A stretch of DNA of 64,000 nt from a virus, in IMG/VR virus record IMGVR_UViG_3300021378_000019, positions 4,182-68,181 of that record. One strand, written 5' to 3'. Shown here piece by piece: positions 1-9,300 of this stretch. Numbering within the stretch: the stretch's first letter is position 1; each line of letters begins with the position of its first letter. Under the pieces are notes generated by a model. It was not told where the DNA came from and did not search any database. It saw nothing but the letters and a program-made list of their open reading frames with translations. The translations under genes were made by a program, and so were the position numbers.

Positions 1-1281
1 GTAAGCGCAGAAGATGCAACTACGTCATTAAAGGGTGTGTCTCAGTTTAGCGCTGATGATTTTGAAGTTACTTCTGGAAATGTAGAACTTGAAGATACCG
101 TAGTAAAAACTGTAATTACCGATAGTGGAACTCTTACGCCAAATAATCACACGTTCTCAGTACTTGGCGTAGATGGTGTAAATGTAACTCATTCTGGAAC
201 TACAATATCAGTATCTTCTGATCCGATTACGATTGGTAATACGCCGATCAATCTTGGAGAAACAGAAACTGATATAGCAGGTCTTACTTCACTTCAAGTT
301 GGCGACTTTACATTATCAAATGATACAATTACGACTACAAATATTTTAGTAATATCTGCGAACGGTATTATAGACGTAAGTAATTCTCGTGTTACAAACG
401 TTTCTTATCCAACTTCTGCACAAGATGCAGCAACGAAGCAATACGTAGATACTATTGCTTCTGCATCTTTACACTATCACGATCCAGTAAGAGTAGAGTC
501 TCCAATAACCCTAGATGCTTCTTATAATAATGGAACTTCAGGAGTTGGAGCTACTCTTACAAACACTGGTACTCAACTAGTTCTTATAATTGATGGTATT
601 ACTCTTGATCTTGATGATAGAGTTCTTGTATATGAACAAGCTAATACAGTTCAAAATGGTATATATACTGTTACAGATACAGGTTCTGCAAATACAGATT
701 GGGTTCTTACTCGATCTGCAGATTCTGATTCATACGCGCCGAGTGATCCAAATTCATTAGGTGCAGGTGATGCATTCTTTGTAAAAGAAGGTAATACTGG
801 TGCTGGTGAACTTTATGTAATGACAACTGAAGGAACGATTACCTTTGGTACTACTGGTATTATATTTTCACAAATTGCAGCTTCTCAAATATACGACGCA
901 GGTGATGGTCTTAGTCTCAGTGGTGTTACTTTCAGCGTAAATACTGATGGTAGCACAATAGAAATAGTTGGCGATATTCTTCGCGTAAAAGACTCTGGTA
1001 TTACAAATGCAAAAATTCAAAACTCTTTCATCAATGTAGCAGCTGAAAGCGGAACTACAGACCAACTCAATTTAGGTGAAACAATTACCTTCGCAGCAGG
1101 AGAAGGTATTAACACAGTTGTTTCAGATAATCAAATAACAATTTCTGGTGAAGAAGCTACTCTTACAAATATGGGTGTAGCATCATTTGGTGGTTGGTCG
1201 GATAGTGCAAATACGATAAGACAATTTGCAGTAACTAGTGGTGACGTCAGGTTAGAATCTATAGATGGTGGGTCTTACTGA
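1..1281 (+). CDS. tail fibre protein, 5'-truncated by the window edge
   Basis: Frame is open back to nt 1 (listed start at 37 is GTG, no upstream stop). The ~170-aa block ATKQYVDTIASASLHYH...GTITFGTTGI recurs inside the 3475..8394 fibre. Confidence 0.8.
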   Translation, partial: VSAEDATTSLKGVSQFSADDFEVTSGNVELEDTVVKTVITDSGTLTPNNHTFSVLGVDGVNVTHSGTTISVSSDPITIGNTPINLGETETDIAGLTSLQVGDFTLSNDTITTTNILVISANGIIDVSNSRVTNVSYPTSAQDAATKQYVDTIASASLHYHDPVRVESPITLDASYNNGTSGVGATLTNTGTQLVLIIDGITLDLDDRVLVYEQANTVQNGIYTVTDTGSANTDWVLTRSADSDSYAPSDPNSLGAGDAFFVKEGNTGAGELYVMTTEGTITFGTTGIIFSQIAASQIYDAGDGLSLSGVTFSVNTDGSTIEIVGDILRVKDSGITNAKIQNSFINVAAESGTTDQLNLGETITFAAGEGINTVVSDNQITISGEEATLTNMGVASFGGWSDSANTIRQFAVTSGDVRLESIDGGSY

Positions 1282-1289
1282 TATAAATA
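1282..1289 (+). promoter_or_regulatory. T4-type late promoter TATAAATA
   Basis: Exact TATAAATA sits ~55 nt upstream of the ATG at 1343. Same octamer precedes 7 other + strand structural genes. Confidence 0.6.
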
Positions 1290-1292
1290 CAA

Positions 1293-1314
1293 ATAAGGAT
1301 TACATAATCCTTAT
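1293..1314 (+). repeat. perfect 22-bp palindrome ATAAGGATTAcaTAATCCTTAT between late promoter and RBS
   Basis: 10-bp arms with a 2-nt centre, read directly from sequence. Confidence 0.8.
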
Positions 1315-1342
1315 TCAAATGGTTAGATAACCGCGAGGAAAA

Positions 1343-3007
1343 ATGACTACATCTATCAAATTTAAGCGCAGTTCCGTAGAAGGAAAGGTGCCAACAACAG
1401 AACAGCTTGATTTTGGCGAACTCGCTATCAATACCTATGATGGCGAGATATATCTCAAAAGAAATAAAGACTCTTTAGAAGAAATAGTAAAGTTTGTAGG
1501 AAAGGTTCCTATAGACAACGTCTACTACGTTCAAAAGAACGGTAAAAATACTAACGACGGTACAAGTTGGGATACAGCTTTTTCTACAATAGAAAAAGCG
1601 CTTGAAGTAGTAAACACAAGAAACGGTGAAATTACTCTTATTGATATTGCGCCTGGAATATATGAAACTCAAGGCCATCTTGACATGCCTGATAATTGCT
1701 TAATTCGAGCAGTACACAGATCTGTTGTAATCAAACCAGAAGCAGGATATGAAGAGCGTAACGTATTTCGTATGGGCTCCGGTTGTTTTATTGAAGGTCC
1801 AATTTTTGAAGGTTGGAGAGTTGATTCTCTCGATAACCCAACATCGGGTTTTGCGGTTTCTTTCAGACCTGGAGCGGTAATTCGTAGAGCACCATACGCA
1901 CACAAGATTGCAGTAAGAACGGTTCCATATTGGGATAACGTTCCACCACCGCTCGATAGAGATAACGGCAATCCTCTCGTAGGAAGAGGTGCTGGTGTTG
2001 TACTTGCAGATGGTTTAGTATGTTCTCCTTATAGCATCTATCCTAATATCATGACGTGGGGTGCTACTCCAGTTACTCATAACGGTATTGGATATGTTGC
2101 AAAAAATGGTGCTTTGATTAACGCAGTAAACGCTATTTCAATTTGGTGCCATAAGCACTTTTTAGCACTTGACGGTGGTCAAATTCTTCTTTCAAGCTGT
2201 GCAACGCAATTTGGAGACTTTACTTTAGTCGCAGAAGGTAATCGTAATATAGCACTTCCGACAGAACTTGAAGATTTAAGTCCGTCAATTGATATTACTA
2301 CGTTTATCCCATCACCAACTGATGCAAATACGATTATACAAGCAAGAAGTACTATTATTGATGATCTCTGGGACGAATTAGTAATTCAAGGTTATGCAGG
2401 AAATACTGAAGTAAGTAACACCGCTGTTTTGGATCTCGGCGACGATCAAGAATATACAAGGCGCGATGCAAACACTTTTATTCAGGCTATTTCCTGGGTT
2501 ATTGAAACAGGAGATGAAACTCCTGCTATCGATTTTGCAAAAGGACTTTTTGATCCTCAAGCTAATTTGGTATTTTCCACAGATAAGCTTGATTCTTTCA
2601 TATTTTCATTCGAATATATGCGTGATGAAATTAACGGGCTTGGCATAGATGCGCCATCACAAACAATCGTTACTGGCCTCGTAGATGCTCTTAAAGATAC
2701 GTTACAAAATCCTGCTACAAGATCAGAACCATCTACAATTACTGCAATCGGTCATACGTGGACTGCTATTATGTCTGGTGTTGCACTTACGAAAATACCT
2801 CCAGCAGGAAACGACACCACAATTCAAGAAAGCATTCGTGAACTTGACGGCGGTCTAGTAATTGCTTCTGGTCAGGACGATCAGGGTTCTGCTCTCTTTA
2901 TTGGAGGTATGGAAATTAATGCAGATACCGGAGAACTTACAGGTCCGCCATTTGAAAAAGCAGTCAATAGAATCGCAACTAGAACAGCTATAGCAAGGAG
3001 TTTTTGA
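1343..3007 (+). CDS. tail fibre/tailspike with conserved phage-fibre N-terminus and pectate-lyase-like right-handed beta-helix domain
   Basis: N-term FKRSSVEGKVPTTEQLDFGELAINTYDGEIYLKRN follows the common fibre N-terminal motif. YYVQKNGKNTNDGTSWDTAFSTIEKAL...APGIYE is typical of pectin-lyase-fold depolymerases. Confidence 0.7.
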   Translation: MTTSIKFKRSSVEGKVPTTEQLDFGELAINTYDGEIYLKRNKDSLEEIVKFVGKVPIDNVYYVQKNGKNTNDGTSWDTAFSTIEKALEVVNTRNGEITLIDIAPGIYETQGHLDMPDNCLIRAVHRSVVIKPEAGYEERNVFRMGSGCFIEGPIFEGWRVDSLDNPTSGFAVSFRPGAVIRRAPYAHKIAVRTVPYWDNVPPPLDRDNGNPLVGRGAGVVLADGLVCSPYSIYPNIMTWGATPVTHNGIGYVAKNGALINAVNAISIWCHKHFLALDGGQILLSSCATQFGDFTLVAEGNRNIALPTELEDLSPSIDITTFIPSPTDANTIIQARSTIIDDLWDELVIQGYAGNTEVSNTAVLDLGDDQEYTRRDANTFIQAISWVIETGDETPAIDFAKGLFDPQANLVFSTDKLDSFIFSFEYMRDEINGLGIDAPSQTIVTGLVDALKDTLQNPATRSEPSTITAIGHTWTAIMSGVALTKIPPAGNDTTIQESIRELDGGLVIASGQDDQGSALFIGGMEINADTGELTGPPFEKAVNRIATRTAIARSF

Positions 3008-3009
3008 TA

Positions 3010-3468
3010 ATGGCTAGAATTACAGTTCGTACACCATCTACGGGTAAGCCAGTAAGAGCAGAATTAGTAGATGTTTCTACAGATTTTACAATTATTGCAG
3101 AAGCTCCAGATTTTTCAGTACCAGACTCTTCTGATAAGTTTGCAGCAAGAGATCCACTTGATGATGCCAGAGCAATTCGCCCTGGTGAAATATTTTTCTT
3201 GACGCCACTTGCAGCGAGAAATAAAGATACAGAAACACGTTGGATTGAAATTGTGTTGGTAACCGAAGCAAACACTACCGTAGAATTTGGAAAGATCGAT
3301 GTTCCTGCTGGAGACACCGCATTTATTCCACTTCAGGGTAGAAGTTTGTTTAAAAGAGATGCAAATACGTCTGTTGGAGATACTCTGCAAGTAAGAGCTG
3401 AAGCAAATAACGTGTTTGATGTTTGGTCGGCAGCAGAAGAGAAACTTTCCAGCGAACATACAGAGTAA
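3010..3468 (+). CDS. hypothetical small protein between fibre genes (fibre-associated or assembly factor?)
   Basis: ORF with AAGGAG RBS upstream. ATG at 3010 preferred over TTG at 3004. Stop abuts the next gene. Confidence 0.55.
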   Translation: MARITVRTPSTGKPVRAELVDVSTDFTIIAEAPDFSVPDSSDKFAARDPLDDARAIRPGEIFFLTPLAARNKDTETRWIEIVLVTEANTTVEFGKIDVPAGDTAFIPLQGRSLFKRDANTSVGDTLQVRAEANNVFDVWSAAEEKLSSEHTE

Positions 3469-3474
3469 AGCAAC

Positions 3475-6400
3475 ATGACAACATTTTTATCCGGAAGAGT
3501 AAAAAAGACTCCAAGTATTCAAGCAGATCCTCAACGCTATGAATTTTTGGATCTTAAAAACGCAGAACCAGATCTTGGTATTGCTGCAGGTAATAACTAT
3601 GTTCTTACTTCTGATACAGTAGGAAATAGAGTATGGGTAGATCAGCTTGATATTATAACAAATAATGTAGATCAAGCTTATGTGAACGCGCTGAATATCG
3701 ACGCAGATTTGCTCGATGGACAAAATGGCATATATTATTTAGACTGGACAAATACTCTCAATAAGCCAGATCCTACAGTTACAATAGATCTTTCTGGAGA
3801 TATCACTGGTACTGGTAATACAACACTTACGGATCTTGCGAGCGGTATTATTAATATCGTAACAGAACTTTCGAATACCGGTGTTGTAGCAAATACTTAT
3901 GGTTCCGCTTCAAAGGTTCCACAGATTACTGTAGATGAAGACGGTAGAATTACCGCAGTGACGGAACTCAATGTTGCTGGAGTAAGCTCATTTGAATATG
4001 ACTCTCCAAATGGAGTTCTTACGATTGGCACCGCAGACGGAAGTTCGTTTAGCGCAAATCTTGATCTTCAGGCATTTGATACAGACGGTCTTTTAGAAGG
4101 TTCAACAAACCAGTATTTTACCATAGCGCGCGCAAATACAGCTATTGATGAAAGAGTAACAAAGTCTTTTGTAGATGCTCTTAATATCAATGCGGATACT
4201 CTTGACGGACAAGACGGTGCATATTACGTAAACTTTAACAATTTTGTAAATCTTCCGGATCCTAAAATTGACGTCATTCTTTCTGGAGACGTGAGTGGAA
4301 TTGCAAATACAACTCTTACAAATTTAGGTAACGGCTTAATTGAAATTACCACTACAGTTGCTGATGATAGTCACAATCATACTATTGATAATGTTGATGG
4401 TCTTCAAGAAGTTATTGATAGTAAATTAGATGCAGACGCCAATACTATTCTTGCTGAACTTATTACAGTGGATGGAGCTGGTTCAAATCTTGATGCTGAT
4501 CTATTAGATGGTCAACACGGTACTTATTATCTCAACTTTAATAACTTTACAAACTTACCAGATCCTGTTATCAATGCTTCGCTTTCTGGCGATGTTACCG
4601 GTACTGGAACTGTAACTGTCACAGATCTTCTAAGTGGTAATTTATCAATTGTTACTACGGTAGAAAATGATAGCCACAATCACACCGTGAGTACCATTAC
4701 CGATTTTAGTACTGGCGTAAGTGGCATAATTACATCAAACGTAAACAAAACGTTTATTGATGCACTGAATGTAGATGCTGATACTCTTGATAGTCAAGAT
4801 GGTTCTTATTATCTCAACTTCAATAACTTTACAAACTTGCCAGATCCAAATGTTGAAGTAGTTCTTACAGGTGACGTGAGCGGTACTGCTAATACTACAC
4901 TTACAAATCTTGGCAATGGTTCTATTAGTATTACTGCTACTGTAGCTGATAACAGTCACAATCATACTATTGAAAATATTACCGGTCTTCAAGATGCTCT
5001 TGACTCATCCGGCGTTACCGCAAATACAGTGCTTTCGCTTTTACTTACAGTAGATGGATCTGGTTCTGGACTTGATGCGGATTTACTCGACGGCCAAGAA
5101 AGTTCGTATTATTTAGATTGGACTAATACAACCAATAAACCTGATCCGAATATTGAAGTAACTCTTACTGGTGATGTCACTGGTTCTGCAAATGCGACTC
5201 TTACAGATCTTGGTAATGGTTCAATAAGTATTACCGCAACAGTTGCTGATGATAGTCACAATCACGTAATTTCCAATATAGATGGTTTACAAACTGCTCT
5301 CGATGGTAAATTAGATGCAGATGCCAATACTATTCTCGCTGAACTTCTTACAGTAGATGGATCTGGTTCTGGACTTGACGCAGATTTGCTTGACGGCCAA
5401 GATGGTTCTTATTATCTTGATTGGACTAATACGACCAATAAGCCCGATCCGAATATTGAAGTAACTCTTACTGGTGATGTTACTGGTTCTGCAAACGCAA
5501 CTCTTACAGATCTCAGCAACGGATCGTTAAGCATTACAGCAACAGTTGCTGATGATAGCCACAATCACATTATTGCAAACGTAGATGGTCTTCAAACTGC
5601 GCTTGACGGAAAGGTAGACGAGACAGTCACAATCACGGCTGGCACTGGTCTTACTGGCGGTGGCAATCTTTCTACAAGCAGAACTATCAGTCACGCAGAC
5701 ACTTCGTCACAAGCCAATACGAATAACACTAACGGAAATGTTGTTCAAAATGTGCAGATTGACACATTTGGTCATGTTACGTCACTAACTTCTGTAGATC
5801 TAGATACTCGTTACGATACTCGTTACGTGAATACATCTGGTGATACACTCACTGGGTTCTTGACTCTACACGCAGATCCTACAAATGCTCTTCATGCTGC
5901 AACGAAAGAATACGTAGACACTATTGCTGCAGCGTCACTTCACTATCACAATCCAGTCAGAGTAGAATCTCCAATAGATCTCAACGTCGCATACGACAAC
6001 GGAACTTCTGGCGTTGGAGCTACTCTTACAAATGCTGGAACGCAAGCTGCACTTGTAATAGACGGCGTAACACTCGATCTTGACGATCGCGTTCTTATTT
6101 ACGAACAAGCAAACACTGCTCATAACGGTGTTTATACTGTTACAGATACTGGTTCTATATCTACTAACTGGGAACTTACAAGAGCTGACGATGCAGACTC
6201 TTATAATCCAAGCGACCCAGCTTCGTTAGGCCAAGGTGATGCTTTTTACGTTCAAGAAGGTGATACTGGCGCGGGTGAACTTTATGTAATGACAGCAGAA
6301 GGCACAATTACCTTTGGTACTACTGGTATTACTTTCTCACAAATATCATCTTCGCAGATTTATAGTGCTGGCTCTGGCCTTGAGCTCAATGGTACAGTGT

Positions 6401-8394
6401 TTAGTCACACTGATACATCTTCTCAGGCTAACACTGGTCCTCTTACCGGAGCAAACGTAGTTAGTACTGTAGATCTCGACACATTCGGACATGTAGTTGG
6501 GCTTTCTACAAGAGAACTAACACTGAATGATTTTGGTTTTACAGGTGATCCAACAGCAGATAGCTACATTAACTGGAATCTTTTAGTTGATAGCACATTA
6601 AGAGACACTATTACATCTGGTGAAAATGTAAACTTCGTTGGTGGTTCAAATATCAATCTTACATACTCAGCTGCAAATAATACTATTACTTTCGATGGTG
6701 CGACTACTCTTGCAAGCGATGCTACTATTACTCTTTCAGCTGGAACTGGTCTTACTGGAGGAGGTAACTTTACGACTGACCAGAGCGTAAACGAGACGAT
6801 TACTTTTAGCCACGCTGATACCTCAACTCAAGCGTCTATAAACAACTCTGGTGGTACAGTCATTCAAGACATTACACTAGATACATACGGTCATATTACT
6901 GCGCTTGGAAGTAAAACTCTCACAACAACAGATATTAGTGAAGGTACAAATCAGTACTATAACATTACTCGAGCAAATAGTGCGATTGATGCGAGGGTTA
7001 CACAGTCGTTCATAAATGCTCTTAATGTAGATGCTGATACTCTTGATAGTCAAAATGGAACTTACTATCTTGATTGGACTAATACAACCAATAAACCTGA
7101 TCCAAATATCGATGTTCAACTTTCTGGTGATGTTACTGGTTCCGCCAATACTACACTTACAGATCTCGGTAATGGCGTAATTAGTATTACAACTACAGTG
7201 GCAAATGATAGTCATAATCATACAGTGTCAACAATCACTGATTTCCCTCAAGGAATTGATAATCATCTAGGCGCCACTTATGTTGACAATAGTGTTCTAA
7301 TCTATAGTGACGCTGTAGGAGGCTTTGATTGGGTAACAACAGTTGCTTCTGCAAATAATTCAACAAATCTAAATGGTCAAGCTGCATCTTATTATCTTGA
7401 TTGGACTAATACGACTAATAAGCCCGATCCAAATATTGAAGTAACGCTTACCGGAGATGTCACCGGTTCTGCCAACACTACACTTACAGATCTTGCAAAT
7501 GGCTCTATTAATATATCTACTACTCTTATTGGAGGTATCGGTTCGAACATTGATGCTGATAAACTTGACGGACAGCACGGTTCTTACTATTTAGATTATA
7601 ACAACTTCGCAAATATACCTACAATCGGAAACGCGACTATTACAATTAGTGCTGGTGGCGGCCTGACTACTGGCGGTAATTTTACCACCAACCAGACTGG
7701 CAATGAAACCATTACTATCAATCATGCTGATACTTCTTCACAAGCAAACACAAATAATACAACTGGCACGGTAATACAAAATGTTCAAGTCGACACTTAT
7801 GGACACGTTACGAGTCTTTCTTCAACTGCGCTTACCACTACGGTAATTGGTGAAGGTACTAATCAATATTATACTGTAGCAAGAGCAAATAGCGCTATTG
7901 ATTCGAGAGTTACTAAGTCTTATGTAGACGCGCTGAATGTAGATGCAGATACTCTCGATGGTATTGATTCATCTTCTTTCTTACGCAGCAATGCAACTGA
8001 CAGTGCTTCTGGAACGCTTACATTTACTGGAACTGTCAACCTTGACGGTATTGTAGAAGTAGACTCAACTTATGTACTCGGTGCAGACTCTGCTACTACA
8101 AGTTCTACTTCAACAGCACTTATAGCTGGGTTTGCAACAGTTACATATAGTTCTGGTAAATTCATAATACAAGCATCTAATGCAGTATCTGGCGAAGTTC
8201 ATGTAACTGAGCTTTTGGTTGTGCATAACGGAGTCACTGCGTCCGCAGTAGAGTATGGTACAGTATTTACTGGTGCAGGAGTACTTGCTACATATGAAGT
8301 AGATATTTCTGCAGGAACTGTTCGTATCCTTGCAACACCAGCAAGTTCAAATAGTACTACATTCAAAGTAACAGAAACATTAATTACTGGATAA
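3475..8394 (+). CDS. giant tail fibre protein (1639 aa) with ~101-aa tandem repeats carrying DDSHNH (HxH) motifs
   Basis: Unit ...DADLLDGQDGSYYLDWTNTTNKPDPNIEVTLTGDVTGSANATLTDLGNGSISITATVADDSHNH... recurs at least 10 times. Also contains an internal copy of the 170-aa module of ORF 1..1281. Confidence 0.85.
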   Translation: MTTFLSGRVKKTPSIQADPQRYEFLDLKNAEPDLGIAAGNNYVLTSDTVGNRVWVDQLDIITNNVDQAYVNALNIDADLLDGQNGIYYLDWTNTLNKPDPTVTIDLSGDITGTGNTTLTDLASGIINIVTELSNTGVVANTYGSASKVPQITVDEDGRITAVTELNVAGVSSFEYDSPNGVLTIGTADGSSFSANLDLQAFDTDGLLEGSTNQYFTIARANTAIDERVTKSFVDALNINADTLDGQDGAYYVNFNNFVNLPDPKIDVILSGDVSGIANTTLTNLGNGLIEITTTVADDSHNHTIDNVDGLQEVIDSKLDADANTILAELITVDGAGSNLDADLLDGQHGTYYLNFNNFTNLPDPVINASLSGDVTGTGTVTVTDLLSGNLSIVTTVENDSHNHTVSTITDFSTGVSGIITSNVNKTFIDALNVDADTLDSQDGSYYLNFNNFTNLPDPNVEVVLTGDVSGTANTTLTNLGNGSISITATVADNSHNHTIENITGLQDALDSSGVTANTVLSLLLTVDGSGSGLDADLLDGQESSYYLDWTNTTNKPDPNIEVTLTGDVTGSANATLTDLGNGSISITATVADDSHNHVISNIDGLQTALDGKLDADANTILAELLTVDGSGSGLDADLLDGQDGSYYLDWTNTTNKPDPNIEVTLTGDVTGSANATLTDLSNGSLSITATVADDSHNHIIANVDGLQTALDGKVDETVTITAGTGLTGGGNLSTSRTISHADTSSQANTNNTNGNVVQNVQIDTFGHVTSLTSVDLDTRYDTRYVNTSGDTLTGFLTLHADPTNALHAATKEYVDTIAAASLHYHNPVRVESPIDLNVAYDNGTSGVGATLTNAGTQAALVIDGVTLDLDDRVLIYEQANTAHNGVYTVTDTGSISTNWELTRADDADSYNPSDPASLGQGDAFYVQEGDTGAGELYVMTAEGTITFGTTGITFSQISSSQIYSAGSGLELNGTVFSHTDTSSQANTGPLTGANVVSTVDLDTFGHVVGLSTRELTLNDFGFTGDPTADSYINWNLLVDSTLRDTITSGENVNFVGGSNINLTYSAANNTITFDGATTLASDATITLSAGTGLTGGGNFTTDQSVNETITFSHADTSTQASINNSGGTVIQDITLDTYGHITALGSKTLTTTDISEGTNQYYNITRANSAIDARVTQSFINALNVDADTLDSQNGTYYLDWTNTTNKPDPNIDVQLSGDVTGSANTTLTDLGNGVISITTTVANDSHNHTVSTITDFPQGIDNHLGATYVDNSVLIYSDAVGGFDWVTTVASANNSTNLNGQAASYYLDWTNTTNKPDPNIEVTLTGDVTGSANTTLTDLANGSINISTTLIGGIGSNIDADKLDGQHGSYYLDYNNFANIPTIGNATITISAGGGLTTGGNFTTNQTGNETITINHADTSSQANTNNTTGTVIQNVQVDTYGHVTSLSSTALTTTVIGEGTNQYYTVARANSAIDSRVTKSYVDALNVDADTLDGIDSSSFLRSNATDSASGTLTFTGTVNLDGIVEVDSTYVLGADSATTSSTSTALIAGFATVTYSSGKFIIQASNAVSGEVHVTELLVVHNGVTASAVEYGTVFTGAGVLATYEVDISAGTVRILATPASSNSTTFKVTETLITG
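5044..5649 (+). repeat. two adjacent ~303-bp intragenic tandem repeat units, nearly identical at DNA level
   Basis: 5044-5346 and 5347-5649 align base-for-base with few mismatches. They are part of a longer ~303-bp periodic array spanning ~3690..8000. Confidence 0.8.
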
Positions 8395-8461
8395 GAATAT
8401 AAAATAATGGAAGAACAAATCACAGCAGAACGTATCGCTAAGCACTACATGGAGATATAAT

Positions 8462-9259
8462 ATGACAGTTCGAGTAACAGGTGGTTTCAAGTTGACAAGC
8501 CCTATGATAATTGGTGCAGTCTCCGCCGCAGTTAGTGCGTTTGGAGTAGAGTATGGTAATTGGGACGGCAATCGTATAGTATTTTCGACAACGGCTGAAG
8601 CTACAGGTACAACTTCATATGATGGTCTTGACGGGTTTTATGATGCAAATACAAATCGTCTTTATGACGGCTATATGGGAAGCAGTACACATGCTTATCG
8701 CACAGGTGGATATTTCCAGTGGGGATCAAAAGTAACTCTACCAGGTAGTCGTGTAAACGGTAGATCAGCTACTGTAGGGTATTTCAATGGAAATGCTTAT
8801 CTTTACATAGGAATTACAACGCCCGCAATAGATATATACTTACTTTCCGATTTAAGTTATGTTGCAACTTGGACACTTTCTGGATTTACCGGACAAGTCA
8901 CTGGTCTTGCATACGACGGTAACGGAGGAATGTATGCGACGAGTCTAGACCAAAAAAGAACTTTATATAGAATAGACACACTTGAGCCTATTACTCAAAC
9001 AGTTACGGCATCTGTTGTATTAACATCACTTCCAGCGGATACCGAGTTTGGTCTTTGCTATAATGGTTCCACATTCCTCTATAGGCATAGAAATGCTTCG
9101 ACCGGTAAAATATACGAATGTAATCTATCCGATGGTTCTTTAGTTCAGTCGTATACTGTTTCTACTCCAGGCGCCTACGGTATTTCGTTAGACTACGCAA
9201 ATAAGAAATTATATTCTGGTGGATTTAATGACACCACCATGATTAGATACGGCACATAA
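8462..9259 (+). CDS. hypothetical virion protein (fibre/baseplate-associated by position)
   Basis: ORF preceded by GGAG RBS, inside the late structural module. Gly/Thr/Tyr-rich beta-type composition. Confidence 0.5.
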   Translation: MTVRVTGGFKLTSPMIIGAVSAAVSAFGVEYGNWDGNRIVFSTTAEATGTTSYDGLDGFYDANTNRLYDGYMGSSTHAYRTGGYFQWGSKVTLPGSRVNGRSATVGYFNGNAYLYIGITTPAIDIYLLSDLSYVATWTLSGFTGQVTGLAYDGNGGMYATSLDQKRTLYRIDTLEPITQTVTASVVLTSLPADTEFGLCYNGSTFLYRHRNASTGKIYECNLSDGSLVQSYTVSTPGAYGISLDYANKKLYSGGFNDTTMIRYGT

Positions 9260-9261
9260 TA

Positions 9262-9269
9262 TATAAATA
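9262..9269 (+). promoter_or_regulatory. T4-type late promoter TATAAATA
   Basis: Exact octamer 32 nt upstream of the GTG start at 9301. Confidence 0.6.
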
Positions 9270-9300
9270 AAAGTAATAGCCAATAAGGGGAGAGTGAACC

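Noticed and set aside
3690-8000. CRISPR-like or mobile-element repeat array suggested by the strong ~300-bp DNA periodicity.
   Set aside because: Repeats are in-frame, protein-coding (tail-fibre beta-structure units) with no spacer/repeat alternation and no cas genes. They are intragenic tandem duplication, not CRISPR or IS.
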